This document shows positions 8,346 through 19,704 of a DNA stretch of 64,000 nucleotides, one piece after another. The stretch spans positions 299,603 to 363,602 of the forward strand of contig CAVRLS010000013.1 of assembly GCA_963722395.1 (NCBI GenBank). The letters run 5' to 3'. The translations under genes and the position numbers were made by a program. The notes under the pieces were generated by a model. That model ran no database searches and was not told where the DNA came from. It was given only the letters and a program-made list of their open reading frames with translations. Within the stretch, counting starts at the first letter, position 1. Each line of letters starts with the position of its first letter. This stretch comes from an uncultured Acidobacteriota bacterium (GTDB lineage Bacteria; Acidobacteriota; Vicinamibacteria; Vicinamibacterales; CAVVIG01).

Positions 8346-9123
8346 GTGGATCTTCGCGCGCACCAACTGGTCGTCGTCTGGGTGCTGCTGCTATCCACCG
8401 GCGTCTCCGGGGCGGCTACGACGTGGCCTTCGGTCCGGTGTCATCGCCACCGCTGGTGGCACAGCAGCAGCCGGGCACGCAGTTCAACCCCGGGTCACTC
8501 GCCGCATCCACCACCTACTACTGGCAGGTGACAGCTCGCAACGCCAGCGGTTCAACGGCCGGCGCCATCTGGTCGTTCACCACGGCGCCCGGGTCGGCTC
8601 CCAGCACGCCGGTCGGGCGGCTGAAGCTCCTCACCTGGAATGTCCAGCACGGCTACGACGCCACGAACACCGAGATCATCGATGACCAGGTGGCGCTGAT
8701 GGTGGACAGCAATGCCGACGTCATCGGGCTGCAGGAAATCACCATCGAGCAGGGCAAGGACCTGAGCACGCTGTACGAAACGAAGCTCGAGGCTGCCACC
8801 GGCCATGAGTGGAACAGCGTCTGGCGCCGGCGCCGCGGGCGCCCACCTACACGCCGGAGGGGAACCTGATCCTGACGCGCCTGCCAGTGGTGTCGTCGTC
8901 CACCGCTGCGTGGGATACGCTGCCGGGCTCACCGGACATGATCGGCGCCAAGCGCGAGACGGGCCAGCCCGGCCGGATCGACTACTGGTTTCACGACGGG
9001 TCGAATATGCACGCCGTCCCTACCGAGGTGGCGGTCCTCAAGACCAGGCGTTCCGATCACAACGCGCTGTTGCTGTGGGGGAAGGTGCGTAGTCGCGCAA
9101 AAATTGCCGTCCGGACCGGCTGA
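8346..9123 (+). pseudogene. Secreted endonuclease/exonuclease/phosphatase (EEP) family protein with partial FN3-like module; two frame changes
   Basis: Signal peptide frame (VDLRAHQLVVVWVLLLSTGVSGAA, GGAGAAAG RBS). Frame change near 8420 into YDVAFGPVSSPP...TTYYWQVTARNASGSTAGAIWSFTT, then LKLLTWNVQHGYD...VIGLQEI. Frame change near 8820 into PEGNLILTRLP...RIDYWF...RRSDHNAL. Confidence 0.65.
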
Positions 9124-9204
9124 GCCTGCGGTATCCTGAGGTCAAATCCGACCACAGGCCTTCGACCCGTGCGTGCAACCGCAGGATCGGAGCCTCGAGT
9201 AGCG

Positions 9205-9546
9205 ATGCGGCCCACTGTCTTCCTGCTTCTGCTCCTGCTGTGCCCGGCGTGTGCCGGCGTGCCGACGCTTGCGCCCAGCGACGGCACGCTGCGCTTCTCC
9301 GGCAGCGTGTCGGAGCTGACGAACGCCAAGGTCGGCGCTCCGATTGCGGGCGCCCAGCTCACCGTCATCAGCGGCGCCAACCATAACCTCACGGTCTCGA
9401 GTGACAGCCGAGGCCGGTTCGCGTTCACACACCTCGACAGCGGCCGTTTCACCGTTGCCATCGCCGCTCCCGGCTACGTCAGCGCCACACCGGTGGTCGA
9501 CCTCTACCGCGACATCGAAGCCAACTTCGCGCTGTCGCCGCGCTAG
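9205..9546 (+). CDS. Small secreted/lipoprotein with carboxypeptidase-regulatory-like (CarboxypepD_reg) fold
   Basis: MRPTVFLLLLLLCPACAG signal. GAQLTVISG...SDSRGRFAFTHLDSGRFTVAIAAPGY is the typical Ig-like CarboxypepD_reg pattern. Confidence 0.6.
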   Translation: MRPTVFLLLLLLCPACAGVPTLAPSDGTLRFSGSVSELTNAKVGAPIAGAQLTVISGANHNLTVSSDSRGRFAFTHLDSGRFTVAIAAPGYVSATPVVDLYRDIEANFALSPR

Positions 9547-9637
9547 CCGTCCTGCCGCGCGCCTGCTCGCCAGGGGCCGCTCAGGTTGCGTTCGTTCACC
9601 ACCCGCGCAATCATCCAGGGGAGGAAGGAGTGCACGC

Positions 9638-10000
9638 ATGCCACGCTTAAAACTGACCGCGCTCATCGCCGCCTTCGCGCTGCTGCTCCCGCTTACCGTC
9701 ACGCTCGTGGCGCATCACGGCTGGGGCGAGTACGACAGCCGCAAGCCGCTGACCCTGACCGGCACCATCAGGGAGGCGGGGTACGAGAACCCGCACGCGT
9801 TCGTCGAGCTCGATGTGGACGGAGCGATGTGGCATGCCGTGCTGGCCCCGCCCTCACGCATGCAGGCGCGCGGCGTGCTGCGCGATCAGCTCACTCCGGG
9901 CGCCCGCGTCACGGTGATAGGGTTCCCGCACAAGAGCCGCACGACAGAGATGAAGACCGAGCAGATCAGGATCGGCGAGAAGATCACGAACATCCGCTGA
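9638..10000 (+). CDS. Small exported protein, DUF6152-like, predicted mature N-terminus HH
   Basis: GGAGGAAGGAG RBS. MPRLKLTALIAAFALLLPLTVTLVA|HHGWGEYDSRKPLTLTGTIREAGYENPHAFVEL. Paralogue of 38929-39390. Confidence 0.65.
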   Translation: MPRLKLTALIAAFALLLPLTVTLVAHHGWGEYDSRKPLTLTGTIREAGYENPHAFVELDVDGAMWHAVLAPPSRMQARGVLRDQLTPGARVTVIGFPHKSRTTEMKTEQIRIGEKITNIR

Positions 10001-10005
10001 GTGCA

Positions 10006-11869
10006 TCAGGCCGTGTAACGCGCCTGCACCCACGCCTCGAAGCGTGCGCACATCGCGTCCTCGCCCTCCGCCGAGTCGGCCAGCACCTCGGTGCCGTGAA
10101 CGATGCGGATGTGTGCGTCGAGGCCGGGCAGATCCCCGGTTTGCGGCGGACGCGCCTCCGCCGCCTGCATGCTGGCCACCGCCTCGGTCCAGGCCTCGTC
10201 CACCGACCTGTTGCAGTCGTCGGCGAGATGGCGCGCCGTAAACCCCTGGCCGGTGAGCGAGCGCAGCATCGCGTCGTGGTCGACGCTGTTGCCGGGCTCC
10301 CAGTAATGGGTGCTGAGCGCCGGGCCGATGGCCGGGTTGTCCGTCAGGTAGCCATCGCGCTCGAGGAAGAAGGCGCGCGTGTGCGCCACCGCCATCTCCG
10401 CGAGCAGGTAGCCCTGGTAGGCCGCGGCCGACTCCTGGTTGAGCAGGTGCGGAATGGCAAGGAGCGGTCGCGGGCTTTCGATGCCGAGCACACGCTGCTC
10501 GGTGTGTCGCGCCAGCGCGAGCACCGCCTCCCGGCTCAGCGCCTCGTCCGGCATCTGGTAGAGCGCCGCCTCGAAGTACGGCACCACGGCGAGGCTCCGT
10601 TTCTCGAACGCCCGCATCGGCTGCAGGCTCGCGACGCGGTCGCGGATCACCTCCTCCGGCATCGGGCGGCCGTCGGCATCGCACGCATAGCGCCGCAGCC
10701 AGTCGGCATCGTCCAGCAGGCTGTCGCAGAACATCGACTGCGTCTCGGCGTAGGCCATCGAGGTTGGCGCGTATTCCTGCGAGAAGCACGGGGCGTGCTG
10801 CACCACGTTGGCGAAGTGCGCAGCATGGCCGCCTTCATGGAACAGCGTGGCGATGGCGCGCGTGCCGCTCCCTACCTGATCGGGTCTGGCCTCCGACGTG
10901 AAATTGATCTGGCCCGGAATCCATTCGCCCTGTTCGTTCACCCACGCCGGCACCGGCGCGTGACAGAAGCCGTTCTGGTACTTGCCGGCGCGGTCCAGCA
11001 GGTCGAGCTGCAGCGTGGCTCCACGGAAACCGATGCCGAGGCGCTCGGAAGCTCTCCACCCACCGCCGCAAGGCCGGCGCGAACGTCAGGTAGGGATCCA
11101 TGCGGCGCACGATGTCTCCGGTGGTGAAGAACCGAAGGTTCCACGGCAGTACGGCCGCGTCGCCGTGCTGCGATCGAAGCGCGGCAAGCGTGCGGGCGTT
11201 GGCCGCATCGGTCCGCTCGAGGAAGTCGTCGAGGATGACGAAGAGCCCGTCCGTGGTCATGCGCTCGCTTTTGCGCAGCTTCATCTCGAAGAAGTCGCGG
11301 TAACCGAGGGCGCGCGCGAAGCGGTTGCGCAGCCGCACCAGCTCGAGGAAGCCGTTGTCGAGCGCCCACTGCTCGATGCCGCGGAACGCGTCGAACGAAC
11401 TGCGGCGCCGCTCTTCGACCGGGTTGGTCGCCAGGTTCGTGGCCAGTGAGGCCAGCGTGGCATCCTCGACCTCACCGCGTTCGTTGACATGCGTCGGCAC
11501 GAAGGTGCGCCGCTTCGCGAACAGCGCCGACTCGGCCTCGACCAGCTCGTGCATCAGACGGCGGCCTTCGTCGCTCTCGATGACATTGGCCTCGAACAGC
11601 GCCTGCCAGCCGCGCAGGCCGTGCAGCAGCAGGTTGCGCTCGGCGCCGGGTGGCTGGGCTTCGACATGCGCCAGCTGCTCGCGAGTGGCGGCCAGCCGTG
11701 CCGGGTCGGACACGAAGTCCTTGAAGGCGCGTTCCGCCCGCGTGAACCCCTCGTCGTCGGAACTGGTGCCCATGTAGGTGGTCCAGAACAGCTCTTCCTT
11801 CGTCCGGTGGACGGCGACGTAGTCGTGGTTGAGCGTGTCGAAGAAGGCGCGGGCGTTCACCAGTGTCAT
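10006..11869 (-). pseudogene. M3-family oligoendopeptidase (PepF-like), one frame change near 11040-11050
   Basis: The N-terminal 275 aa frame (MTLVNARAFFDTLN...RRWVESF) joins LGIGFRGATLQLDLLDRAGKYQNGFCHAPVPAWVNE...FHEGGHAAHF (HExxH) only after a 1-nt shift. Confidence 0.8.
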
Positions 11870-11947
11870 GTTCGCCAGTATGGAACCTCCACCCTCAGCC
11901 GTCCAACCCCCACCCTTCACCTATGGACATCGCCCTAAGGAAAGCGT

Positions 11948-14455
11948 ATGTTCGGGCAATATTTCCTGGAGGGTGCGAGCGTGGCAGAGACCAAGACCCA
12001 TCGCCTTGTCGGACAGAACTACGTCACGCCGGACCTGGTGGCCAAGGTGACCGGCCGGGCGAAGTACGCGGAGGACTACACAGCCGACGGCATGCTGTGG
12101 ACGAAGCTGCTGCTCAGTCCGATGCCACACGCGCGGGTGACGCGACTCGACACCAGCAAGGCACTCGCGATGCCCGGCGTGAAGGCCATCCTCACGGTCG
12201 ACGATCTGCCGCCGGTGGTGGCGGGCGCCAACCTCGGTGAAGGCATCATCGCCAGCACGTTCAGCGAGCGCGGGCTCACCAACGAACCGCTGTATGAGGG
12301 CGAGCCGATCCTCGCCGTGGCCGCTGTCGACGAGACGACCGCCGCCAACGCGATCGAAGCGATCGAGATCGAGTTCGAGCCGCTGCCCTTCGTCACCGAC
12401 CCGCTCGAGGCCATGCGCCCAGGCAGCCCGAACCCGCGCACCGAAGGGAACGTGTGGGTGCGTCCCGCCCCAGGACAGCAGGGCGTACCCGAGCCGAAGC
12501 CGTGGAAGTGGACCGAGGAGGATTTCGCGGCGGCCCCCGACGGCCAGCTGCCGGCGGGCAAGTCGACCGACGAATGGAACTACGGCGATCTCGACAAGGG
12601 CTTTGCCGATGCGGCACTGGTGCTCGATGAGACGTTCGTTGGTCCGAACACGAGCCACGTCTCGCTCGAGTCGCGCAGTGCGATGGCGTACTGGCGGAAC
12701 GGCAAACTCTACATGCACTGCTCGGCGCAGACGGTGATGCGCACCGTCGCCGCGGTGGCGCGCTGGGCCGGCATCAAGCCCGAAGACGTCGTCATCATCA
12801 GCGAGTACACGGGCGGCGGCTTCGGCAGCAAGGGCAGCAGCTCGGTGTTCACCGTCATCCCCGCGCTGCTGTCGAAGAAGGCGAACGCGCCTGTCATGCT
12901 GCGCATCACGCGCGACGAGGAGTACTTCATCGGCCGCGCCCGGCCAGCCGTGCACTCGCGGGTGAAGGTAGGGTTCGCCAAGGACGGCCGCATCCTCGCA
13001 CTCGACGGGGTCGCCCTCGTCGATAACGGCCCGTACGATGCGGTGTCTGACGGTCGCTCGGCCGGCGATCACATCTCGCTCGCTTATCAGCCGGCGGCCA
13101 TGCGCTGGCGCTACACGACCGTCCTCACCAACACCCCGCCGCGCGGCGCACAGCGTGCTCCGGGCGGGCTGCAGGGTATCGCGCTGATGGAGCCGCTGCT
13201 CGCCAAGGCCGCGACGAAGCTCGGCATCGACCAGGTGGCCATCCACGCCGTGAACGCGCCCGAAGGCAAGGCGCGCTTCGGCGGCCCCAACGTGCGCGGC
13301 ACGCGCCAGTACGTCACCTCGGCGTTCGCCAAGGAGGCGCTCGCCAAAGGCGCTGAGCTGTTCGACTGGGAGACGCGCAAGAACAGCGGCGGCACGCGCC
13401 GCGGCTCGAAGGTGCGCGGCGTCGGCGTGGCGCTCAGCACCTACTCGGCCGGATCGATCGGCTTCGACGGCCTGCTCGTCATCAAGCCGGACGGGCGCGT
13501 CGCCATCCAGTCGGGCATTGGCAACCTTGGCACCGAGTCGGTGTTCGACTCGCATCGCATTGCGGCGGAACTGCTCGGGGTGCCGTGGGAGCAGTGCGAC
13601 ATCTCGTGGGGCAACACGTCGCGCTACGTCCCGAACACCTGCGGCCAGGGCGGCAGCCAGACGTCGCACGCCATGCCGCGCGCTGCGCACGCCGCCGCGA
13701 TGGATGCGGTGAGGAAGCTGCAGGCGATTGCCGCCCAAACACTCGGCGGCAATCCGGATAGCTACGTCGTCGCGAACGGGCGGGTCTCGAGCGGCGGACG
13801 CAGCCTGTCGCTCGCCGATGCCGCGAAGAAGGCGATTGAACTCGGTGGTGGCTTCGACGGCCATGAACTACCGCCCGACATCCACCCCTACACGCGAGTC
13901 TCGGCCACCGCGCTGGCGGGGCAGGGGCTGATGGGCGTGGCAAAGGACAACTACCCGCGCGACGGCGTGTCGAAATCGTACGTGGCGGCGTTTGCGGAAG
14001 TGGAAGTGGACGTCGAGACCGGCCGCTACCAGCTGCTCGACCTGACGGCCGTGCTCGACTGCGGCACCGTGCTGCACCCGCGCGTGCTGGGCGGGCAGCT
14101 CTGGGGCGGCATCGTCCTGGGGGTGAGCCATGCCACGGGCATGCGCTTCGTCTACGACCAGCATTTCGGCGTCGGCCTCGCGAAGCGCTTGTACAACAGC
14201 AAGCCGCCGACGATTCTCGACATGCCGCCGACGATGAAGTGGGCGGCGCTCGACATTCCTGATCCGGAAACGCCGGTCGGGTCGCGTGGGATGGGTGAGG
14301 CGCCTGTCGGCGCCGGCTTCGGCGCGGTGGCCAACGCGATCGCGAACGCCGTGGGTCACGACGTGTTCCGGCGGGCGCCGATCATGGCCGACATGATCCT
14401 GATGGCGCTCGAACAGGGCAGGCCGGCCCACGAGCCGCTCACGGCGAATATCTAG
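11948..14455 (+). CDS. Xanthine dehydrogenase/aldehyde oxidase family molybdopterin-binding large subunit
   Basis: Intact 835 aa. a/b-hammerhead N-terminus (GQNYVTPDLVAKVTGRAKYAEDY), GGGFGSKG, Moco-binding C-terminal domains. AAGGAAAG RBS. Confidence 0.9.
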   Translation: MFGQYFLEGASVAETKTHRLVGQNYVTPDLVAKVTGRAKYAEDYTADGMLWTKLLLSPMPHARVTRLDTSKALAMPGVKAILTVDDLPPVVAGANLGEGIIASTFSERGLTNEPLYEGEPILAVAAVDETTAANAIEAIEIEFEPLPFVTDPLEAMRPGSPNPRTEGNVWVRPAPGQQGVPEPKPWKWTEEDFAAAPDGQLPAGKSTDEWNYGDLDKGFADAALVLDETFVGPNTSHVSLESRSAMAYWRNGKLYMHCSAQTVMRTVAAVARWAGIKPEDVVIISEYTGGGFGSKGSSSVFTVIPALLSKKANAPVMLRITRDEEYFIGRARPAVHSRVKVGFAKDGRILALDGVALVDNGPYDAVSDGRSAGDHISLAYQPAAMRWRYTTVLTNTPPRGAQRAPGGLQGIALMEPLLAKAATKLGIDQVAIHAVNAPEGKARFGGPNVRGTRQYVTSAFAKEALAKGAELFDWETRKNSGGTRRGSKVRGVGVALSTYSAGSIGFDGLLVIKPDGRVAIQSGIGNLGTESVFDSHRIAAELLGVPWEQCDISWGNTSRYVPNTCGQGGSQTSHAMPRAAHAAAMDAVRKLQAIAAQTLGGNPDSYVVANGRVSSGGRSLSLADAAKKAIELGGGFDGHELPPDIHPYTRVSATALAGQGLMGVAKDNYPRDGVSKSYVAAFAEVEVDVETGRYQLLDLTAVLDCGTVLHPRVLGGQLWGGIVLGVSHATGMRFVYDQHFGVGLAKRLYNSKPPTILDMPPTMKWAALDIPDPETPVGSRGMGEAPVGAGFGAVANAIANAVGHDVFRRAPIMADMILMALEQGRPAHEPLTANI

Positions 14456-14489
14456 GCGTGTCGCGGACCTGAGTCGTCGCGCGGCGATT

Positions 14490-14963
14490 CTATTTGCCGC
14501 CGAGCGACTTCAGGTACGCGAGGACCGCTTCGGCGTCCTCCTGCTTCATGCGGAACTGCGGCATTGGCTGCCGCAGGAATCGTCCGGTGCGCGAGACGCC
14601 CGTCATCATCAGGTGGATGAACTGCGCGTCGTTGCCGGGCGGGGAGCCGGCCAGTCGCGGCGCGACGATGGCCCACTCGCCAACCGGAACGGTGGGACGC
14701 ATGCCCACCTGGCCGCCACGCAGCCAGTTCGACCGATCGCGCCCGCCGCGCTGATCCACTGGTGAGTGGCAGCGCCAGCACTGTGCCAGATCCTCCACGA
14801 CGTAGCGGCCGCGTTCGAGTGTCTCGCTGGCCGCGGCGCTCGCGGCGTCCGGCTTCGCGGCGCCCTTCACGGCGGCGGGGTGCTGCGCCTGGGCGCGATT
14901 GGCGGTCGCACACAACGCCACCGCCGACGCGAGAATCAGAGTTCGGAACCTGAGGGGGAACAT
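14490..14963 (-). CDS. Exported mono-haem cytochrome c (likely electron acceptor of the iorAB-type enzyme)
   Basis: Signal peptide MFPLRFRTLILASAVALCATA. Single CWRCH haem motif. Downstream of iorB on the same strand. Confidence 0.8.
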   Translation of the reverse strand: MFPLRFRTLILASAVALCATANRAQAQHPAAVKGAAKPDAASAAASETLERGRYVVEDLAQCWRCHSPVDQRGGRDRSNWLRGGQVGMRPTVPVGEWAIVAPRLAGSPPGNDAQFIHLMMTGVSRTGRFLRQPMPQFRMKQEDAEAVLAYLKSLGGK

Positions 14964-15026
14964 GAGCTCAGTGTCCCACGCTGCTGCCAGCGGAGCAATG
15001 CGCTTGTGCGACAGGAGCGCGCTTCT

Positions 15027-17199
15027 TTACGCTTGCTTTACCAGCGGCGTCTTCTTCACCGGCAGTTCGCGCACCCGCACGCCCGAGGCGGCGTAGATGG
15101 CGTTGGTGAGGGCGGCGGCGACCGGCGGCACTCCCGGCTCGCCCAGGCCTCCGAGCAGGGCGTTCGAGCGGATGAATTCCACGCTCACCGGCGGCGCGTC
15201 GACGATGCGGATCATCTGGTGATCGCGGAAGTTGCGCTCGACCACGCGGCCGTCCTTGATGGTGATCTCGCCGAGTAGAGCGGCGGACAGCGCGAACACG
15301 ATGCCACCCTCGATCTGTGCGGTTGCCGTATCCAGGTTCACGATGTCACCGCAGTCGACCGCGGCATACATGTGCAGCACCTTCAGCCGCCCGGCGGGCG
15401 ATACCGACACGTGTGCTACCTCGGCGACGATGGTGCCGAAGCTTTCGCAGATGGCGATGCCGCGTCCTTCACCCGCCGGCAGCGGCGTGCCCCAGCCCGA
15501 CATTGCCGCCACTCTTTCGAGTGCGGCCTTGAAGCGCGGCTGCTCGTTGAGCAGCGCCCGGCGGAACTCGAACGGGTCCTTGCCGGCCGCGTGCGCCATC
15601 TCGTCGATGAACGACTCCTTGAAGAAGCCGTGCTGCGAGTTCAGCACCGAGCGCCACTGGCCGAGACGGATCGGGTGCGGTGCGTCCTTCGCGTCGGCGT
15701 CCTTGTCCGGAATGGCGTAGGGCATGAACACCGCCTCGCCGTTGCCGCCGCCAGCGTAGAACGAACTGGCAGCGAGCGGGACGCCGTTCGCATCGAGCGC
15801 GCCAGCGTGCCGCGACATGCCGGCCGGGCGGTAGTAGTCGTGCTGCGTATCGTTCTCGCGCGTCCAGATCATCTTCACCGGCGTCGGCGACATCGCCTTC
15901 GCGATGCGCACGCCAAGGTCGACGTAATCGAAGTTGAACGGCAGCCGCCGGCCGAAGCCGCCGCCGAGCAACTGGTTAGTGGATTGTCACCTGGTCGGTC
16001 TCGAATCCCAGTGCCGTGGCCGCGGTCGAGCGGGCGTTCAGCGGGTCCTGCACGCCGGTCCAGACGTCGCAATGATTCCGGTCCACTCTCGCGGTGCACG
16101 AGATCGGCTCCATGCCGGCGTGGGCGAGGAACGGCACCTTGTAGTCGGCCAGCACCACCGTCGCGGCGTTGGACGGCATCTGCGGCGGCGCGCCGAGCGC
16201 GGCATCGAACGCCGCGAAGATCGACTCGGTGGAGACGCCGCCGTGTGCCGCCGTCGTGAAATTCGATCGCCAGGGTGGCGAGCGCCTTGCGGGCGCGCCA
16301 GAAGCTGTCGGCGACCACGACCACCGCCTCCTCCAGCACGAGCACCTTCTTGACTCCGCGCATCACTTCGGCCGGTTTCGTGTCGACGTGGATGACAGCG
16401 TCCGCCGTGTACCGGCGCGAACTCGACCGCCGCGTACAGCATGCCGGGCACGCTGACGTCGATGCCGTAGACGGCGCTGCCGTCGACCTTCGACGGGATG
16501 TCGAGGCGCGGCACCGACGTGCGGCGCAGCGTGAAGGCGTCCGGGTTCTTCAGCGTGGGGCTGGTGGGAACCGGCAGTGCCGCGGCGGCATGCGCCAGTT
16601 CTCCGAACGACGCGCTCTTTCCCGACGCAGCGTGCAGCACACGGCCGCCTTTCGCGCTGCACTCGTCGACGCTGACGCCGAACTGCTCTGCCGCCGGCGG
16701 TCAGCAGCATCTCTTTCGCGGCGGCGCCGGCGATGCGCATGCCGTACTCGCCCGTGCTGCGGACGGCGGTGGAGCCGCCGGTCACCTGGAACCCGAACCA
16801 CTGCGCGAGCTTGAAGGCGCCGTAGTCAACGCCGCGCGCCATCACCGCCGGGACGTAGTCGCCGCCCACCGTGCGGATGATGTAGCCGTTGGCGTATTCA
16901 TCCAGCGCCGGCGCCTCCTTGACACGCACGAGGCTCCAGTCAGCGTCCATCTCTTCGGCCGCCATCATCGCCAGCGCGGTGGGCGTGCCCTGGCCCATCT
17001 CGCAGTGCGGGATCAGGACGGTGACGATGTCGTCGGGCGTGACGGTGATCCAGGTGGTGAGCTGCCCATGATCGCCAGCGTCGGCGGCCACCAGCGTGTG
17101 GCGGCCGGGCGCCAGGGTGAAGCCGGCGACACCGAGCAGGAATCCGCCACCGGTGATGGTGCCGGCACCGATGAAGGCGCGCCGACTCCACTTGTTCAT
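15027..17199 (-). pseudogene. Isoquinoline 1-oxidoreductase beta / aldehyde oxidoreductase Moco subunit (IorB-like), at least 4 frame changes
   Basis: Tat-type start [19 protein letters not shown]. Homologous segments lie in different frames: 17199 to ~16690, ~16690 to ~16400, ~16400 to ~16255, ~16255 to 15976, and 15971 to 15027 (LLGGGFGRRL...). Confidence 0.8.
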
Positions 17200-17670
17200 G
17201 ACGCCGCTCCTTCCGTGCGCGGCGCCGCGGCCTGGTGGATGGCCTTGCGGACTCGGATGAACGTGCCGCAGCGGCAGATGTTCGTCAACGACGCGTCGAT
17301 CTCATCGTCGGTCGGGTTCGGGGTCTGCGGCGAGCAGCCCGGCCACCGCCATGATGATGCCCGACTGGCAGTAGCCGCATTGCGGCACCTGCGCGTCCAC
17401 CCACGCCTTCTGCACCGCGTGCAGGGTGCCGTTCTGCGCCAGCCCCTCGATGGTGGTGACCCGCTTGCCCACCGCGGCCGACGTCGGGAGCGTGCAGGTG
17501 CGCACGGCGCGGCCGTCCAGGTGCACGGTGCAGGCTCCGCAGGCGGCGATGCCGCACCCGAACTTGGTGCCCGTAAGGCCGAGCGTTTCGCGCAGGGCCC
17601 AGAGGAGGGGCATGTCTGGCTCGACGTCGAGCCGGTGCTCGGTGCCGTTCACCGTGAGCGTAATGGCCAT
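17196..17670 (-). pseudogene. (2Fe-2S)-binding small subunit (IorA-like), one frame change near 17310-17325
   Basis: [28 protein letters not shown]...[12 protein letters not shown]...CGYCQSG. The C-terminal [25 protein letters not shown] is only reachable after a 1-nt shift. Its stop overlaps the iorB ATG (ATGA). Confidence 0.8.
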
Positions 17671-17774
17671 GGAAGAGTGACTCCTGTTGGCGGAGTGTGT
17701 CACTTCTGCCGGACCTCTTCAACTGACAGTTCGCGGAATCCGGGACGGCCGGCGACTGCGATAGTGTAGGGGCC

Positions 17775-19704
17775 ATGCGAGAGCTGGTGCTGCTGCTCGG
17801 CCTGTGTCTGCTGACGCCTGGGACGGCGTGGGCGAAGTGGACGCGTCTGTCCTCCGACCACTTTGTCTTCGTCGGTGACACCTCGGAGCGCGAACTCCGC
17901 ACGATCGCCCAGCGCCTGGAGCAGTTTCGCGGCGTGATTGGCCGGGTGCTGGGCACCAGCACCACCAGATCGCCCGTGCCGACGCTGGTCATCGTGTTCC
18001 AGAACGACCGGTCCTTCGCCGACTACCGCCCGGTGTTCCAGGGGAAGCCGGTGCCGGTCAGCGGCTACTTCATCGCCGGCGAGGACGCCAACGTCATTGC
18101 TGTCAACGCCCAGACCAGCGACAGCTACGGCGTCATCTTCCACGAGTACGCGCACTTCATGCTGGCGAGCGCAGTCGGCGGCACGCCAGTGTGGGTGAAC
18201 GAGGGGCTGGCCGAGCTGTATCAGACGTTCGAGGCGTCGAACGGCGGGCGCACCGCGTTCATCGGCAAGCCGAGCCTGCAGAACCTCATGTTGCTGCGCG
18301 GCTCGAGCCAGCTGATGTCCACCGCGCAGTTGCTGGCCGTCGAGCACGACTCGCCGCAGTACAACGAAGGCGACCGGCGCAGCCTGCTGCTACGCCCAGT
18401 CGTGGGCGCTGGTGCATTACCTGACGTTCGGCAGCAGGGAGCGGCAGGGGCAGCTCTCGAAGTACCTGACCGCATTCCAGCGCGGCATCTCCGACGAAGA
18501 GGCGTTCACCCAGGCGTTCGGCCCCGACGCCAGCGAGCGGCTTGATGGCGAACTGCGGGCCTACATCGGCAAGGCGGCATTCCAGACCCTGCGCGTCGAG
18601 TTCGACGATCAGGTGACTGCGCGAGCCACGTCACCGTCGGAAACCATATCTGACGCCGAAGCGGCGGGGTATCTTGGCGAACTGGTCGGCCGCATCAACG
18701 GTCGCACCGAGGATGCCCGCGCGATGCTGAGGACGACGATCGACGCGAACCCGGAGGCCGCGCGGGCGCTCGCGGCGCTTGGCTTGCTCGAACTGCGCGC
18801 CGACAACGTCGACGCCGCACTGCCGCTCCTGGAGCGGGCGGCGGCGCTGGCGCCAGGCACGGCGTCCGTTCAGGCGGCCTACGGTCGCGCCCTCACCCGT
18901 CGCGCCTCGTTCGATGGCGCCGACGAGGAGGCTCTTTTGGCGAAGGCGCGCACGGCGCTGGCGCGCGCGCTCGAACTGGAACCGGACAACGTTTCGACAC
19001 TCGTGACCCTCGCAGAGGTGGAGATGGCGTCGGCCGCCAACCCGGCACGCGCCCTTTCGTTGATGCAGCGTGCGGTGCAGGCCGCGCCGTCCCGCGAAGG
19101 CTATCGTCTGATGCTCGGTGAGGCGATGGCGATGAACGGCGACTACCGCGGCGCCGAGCGCGACCTGGCCGTGCTCCTGGCACGTGGCAGCACGCCCGCC
19201 ATCCGCGAGGCCGCGCGCAGCACGATGGCGCGCATCGCCACGGCGCAGGACGCGGTGCGTGAACTCGCGGCCGCAGAGCGCGTGCCGCTCGAGAACAGCA
19301 GGTCTGGCGCGACCGCGTCAGCGGCGGCCGGGCGCGACGAGCCGCGCCGTGAGACGATGCCGGACGGGGCGTACGTGCCAACCCTGCGACCGCTGCAGCC
19401 GGGCGAGTCGCAGGTGCTCGGCACTTTCTCGACCGCGGAGTGCCGCCCCGGAGCCATCGTGCTGCAGATCGATGCGGCAGCCGGCCCGGTGCGCCTGGCT
19501 GTCAAGACGTTCAACGAGGTCGAGTTCCTCACCTATCGTCCCGATTCGCCGGCATCGGTGCCGTGCGGCGTGCAGCGTCCCTCGTACCGGGTGCTCGCCA
19601 CCTTCCGTGTCGACCCGGCCCCGCTAGCAGGCGCCAATACGGCACATCGCGCGGTTGCGATCGAACTGCTGCCCGACGGCTACACTCCCGACGTGTCGCG
19701 GTGA
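17775..19704 (+). pseudogene. Secreted peptidase-MA-like (DUF1570-type, HExxH) protein with C-terminal TPR repeats; one frame change near 18385
   Basis: Signal peptide MRELVLLLGLCLLTPGTAWA. FHEYAHFM...NEGLAELY. After the shift, YAQSWALVHYLTFG followed by TPR-like Ala/Leu-rich repeats. Confidence 0.65.

Noticed and set aside
9586-11127. 513-aa ORF on the plus strand
   Set aside because: It is antisense to the M3 peptidase. It has an R/A/G/V-rich composition with no motifs, so I treat it as a GC-shadow ORF.
11921-13864. 647-aa ORF on the minus strand
   Set aside because: It is entirely antisense to the well-supported XDH-family gene. Its translation is Arg/Ala/Gly/His-rich low-complexity sequence, typical of shadow ORFs in high-GC DNA.
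19440-19700. Upstream extension of the AlkZ/YcaQ-like ORF
   Set aside because: It overlaps the C-terminus of the TPR protein in another frame and translates to R/A/G-rich sequence. The GTG at 19701, overlapping the upstream stop, fits the family N-terminus.
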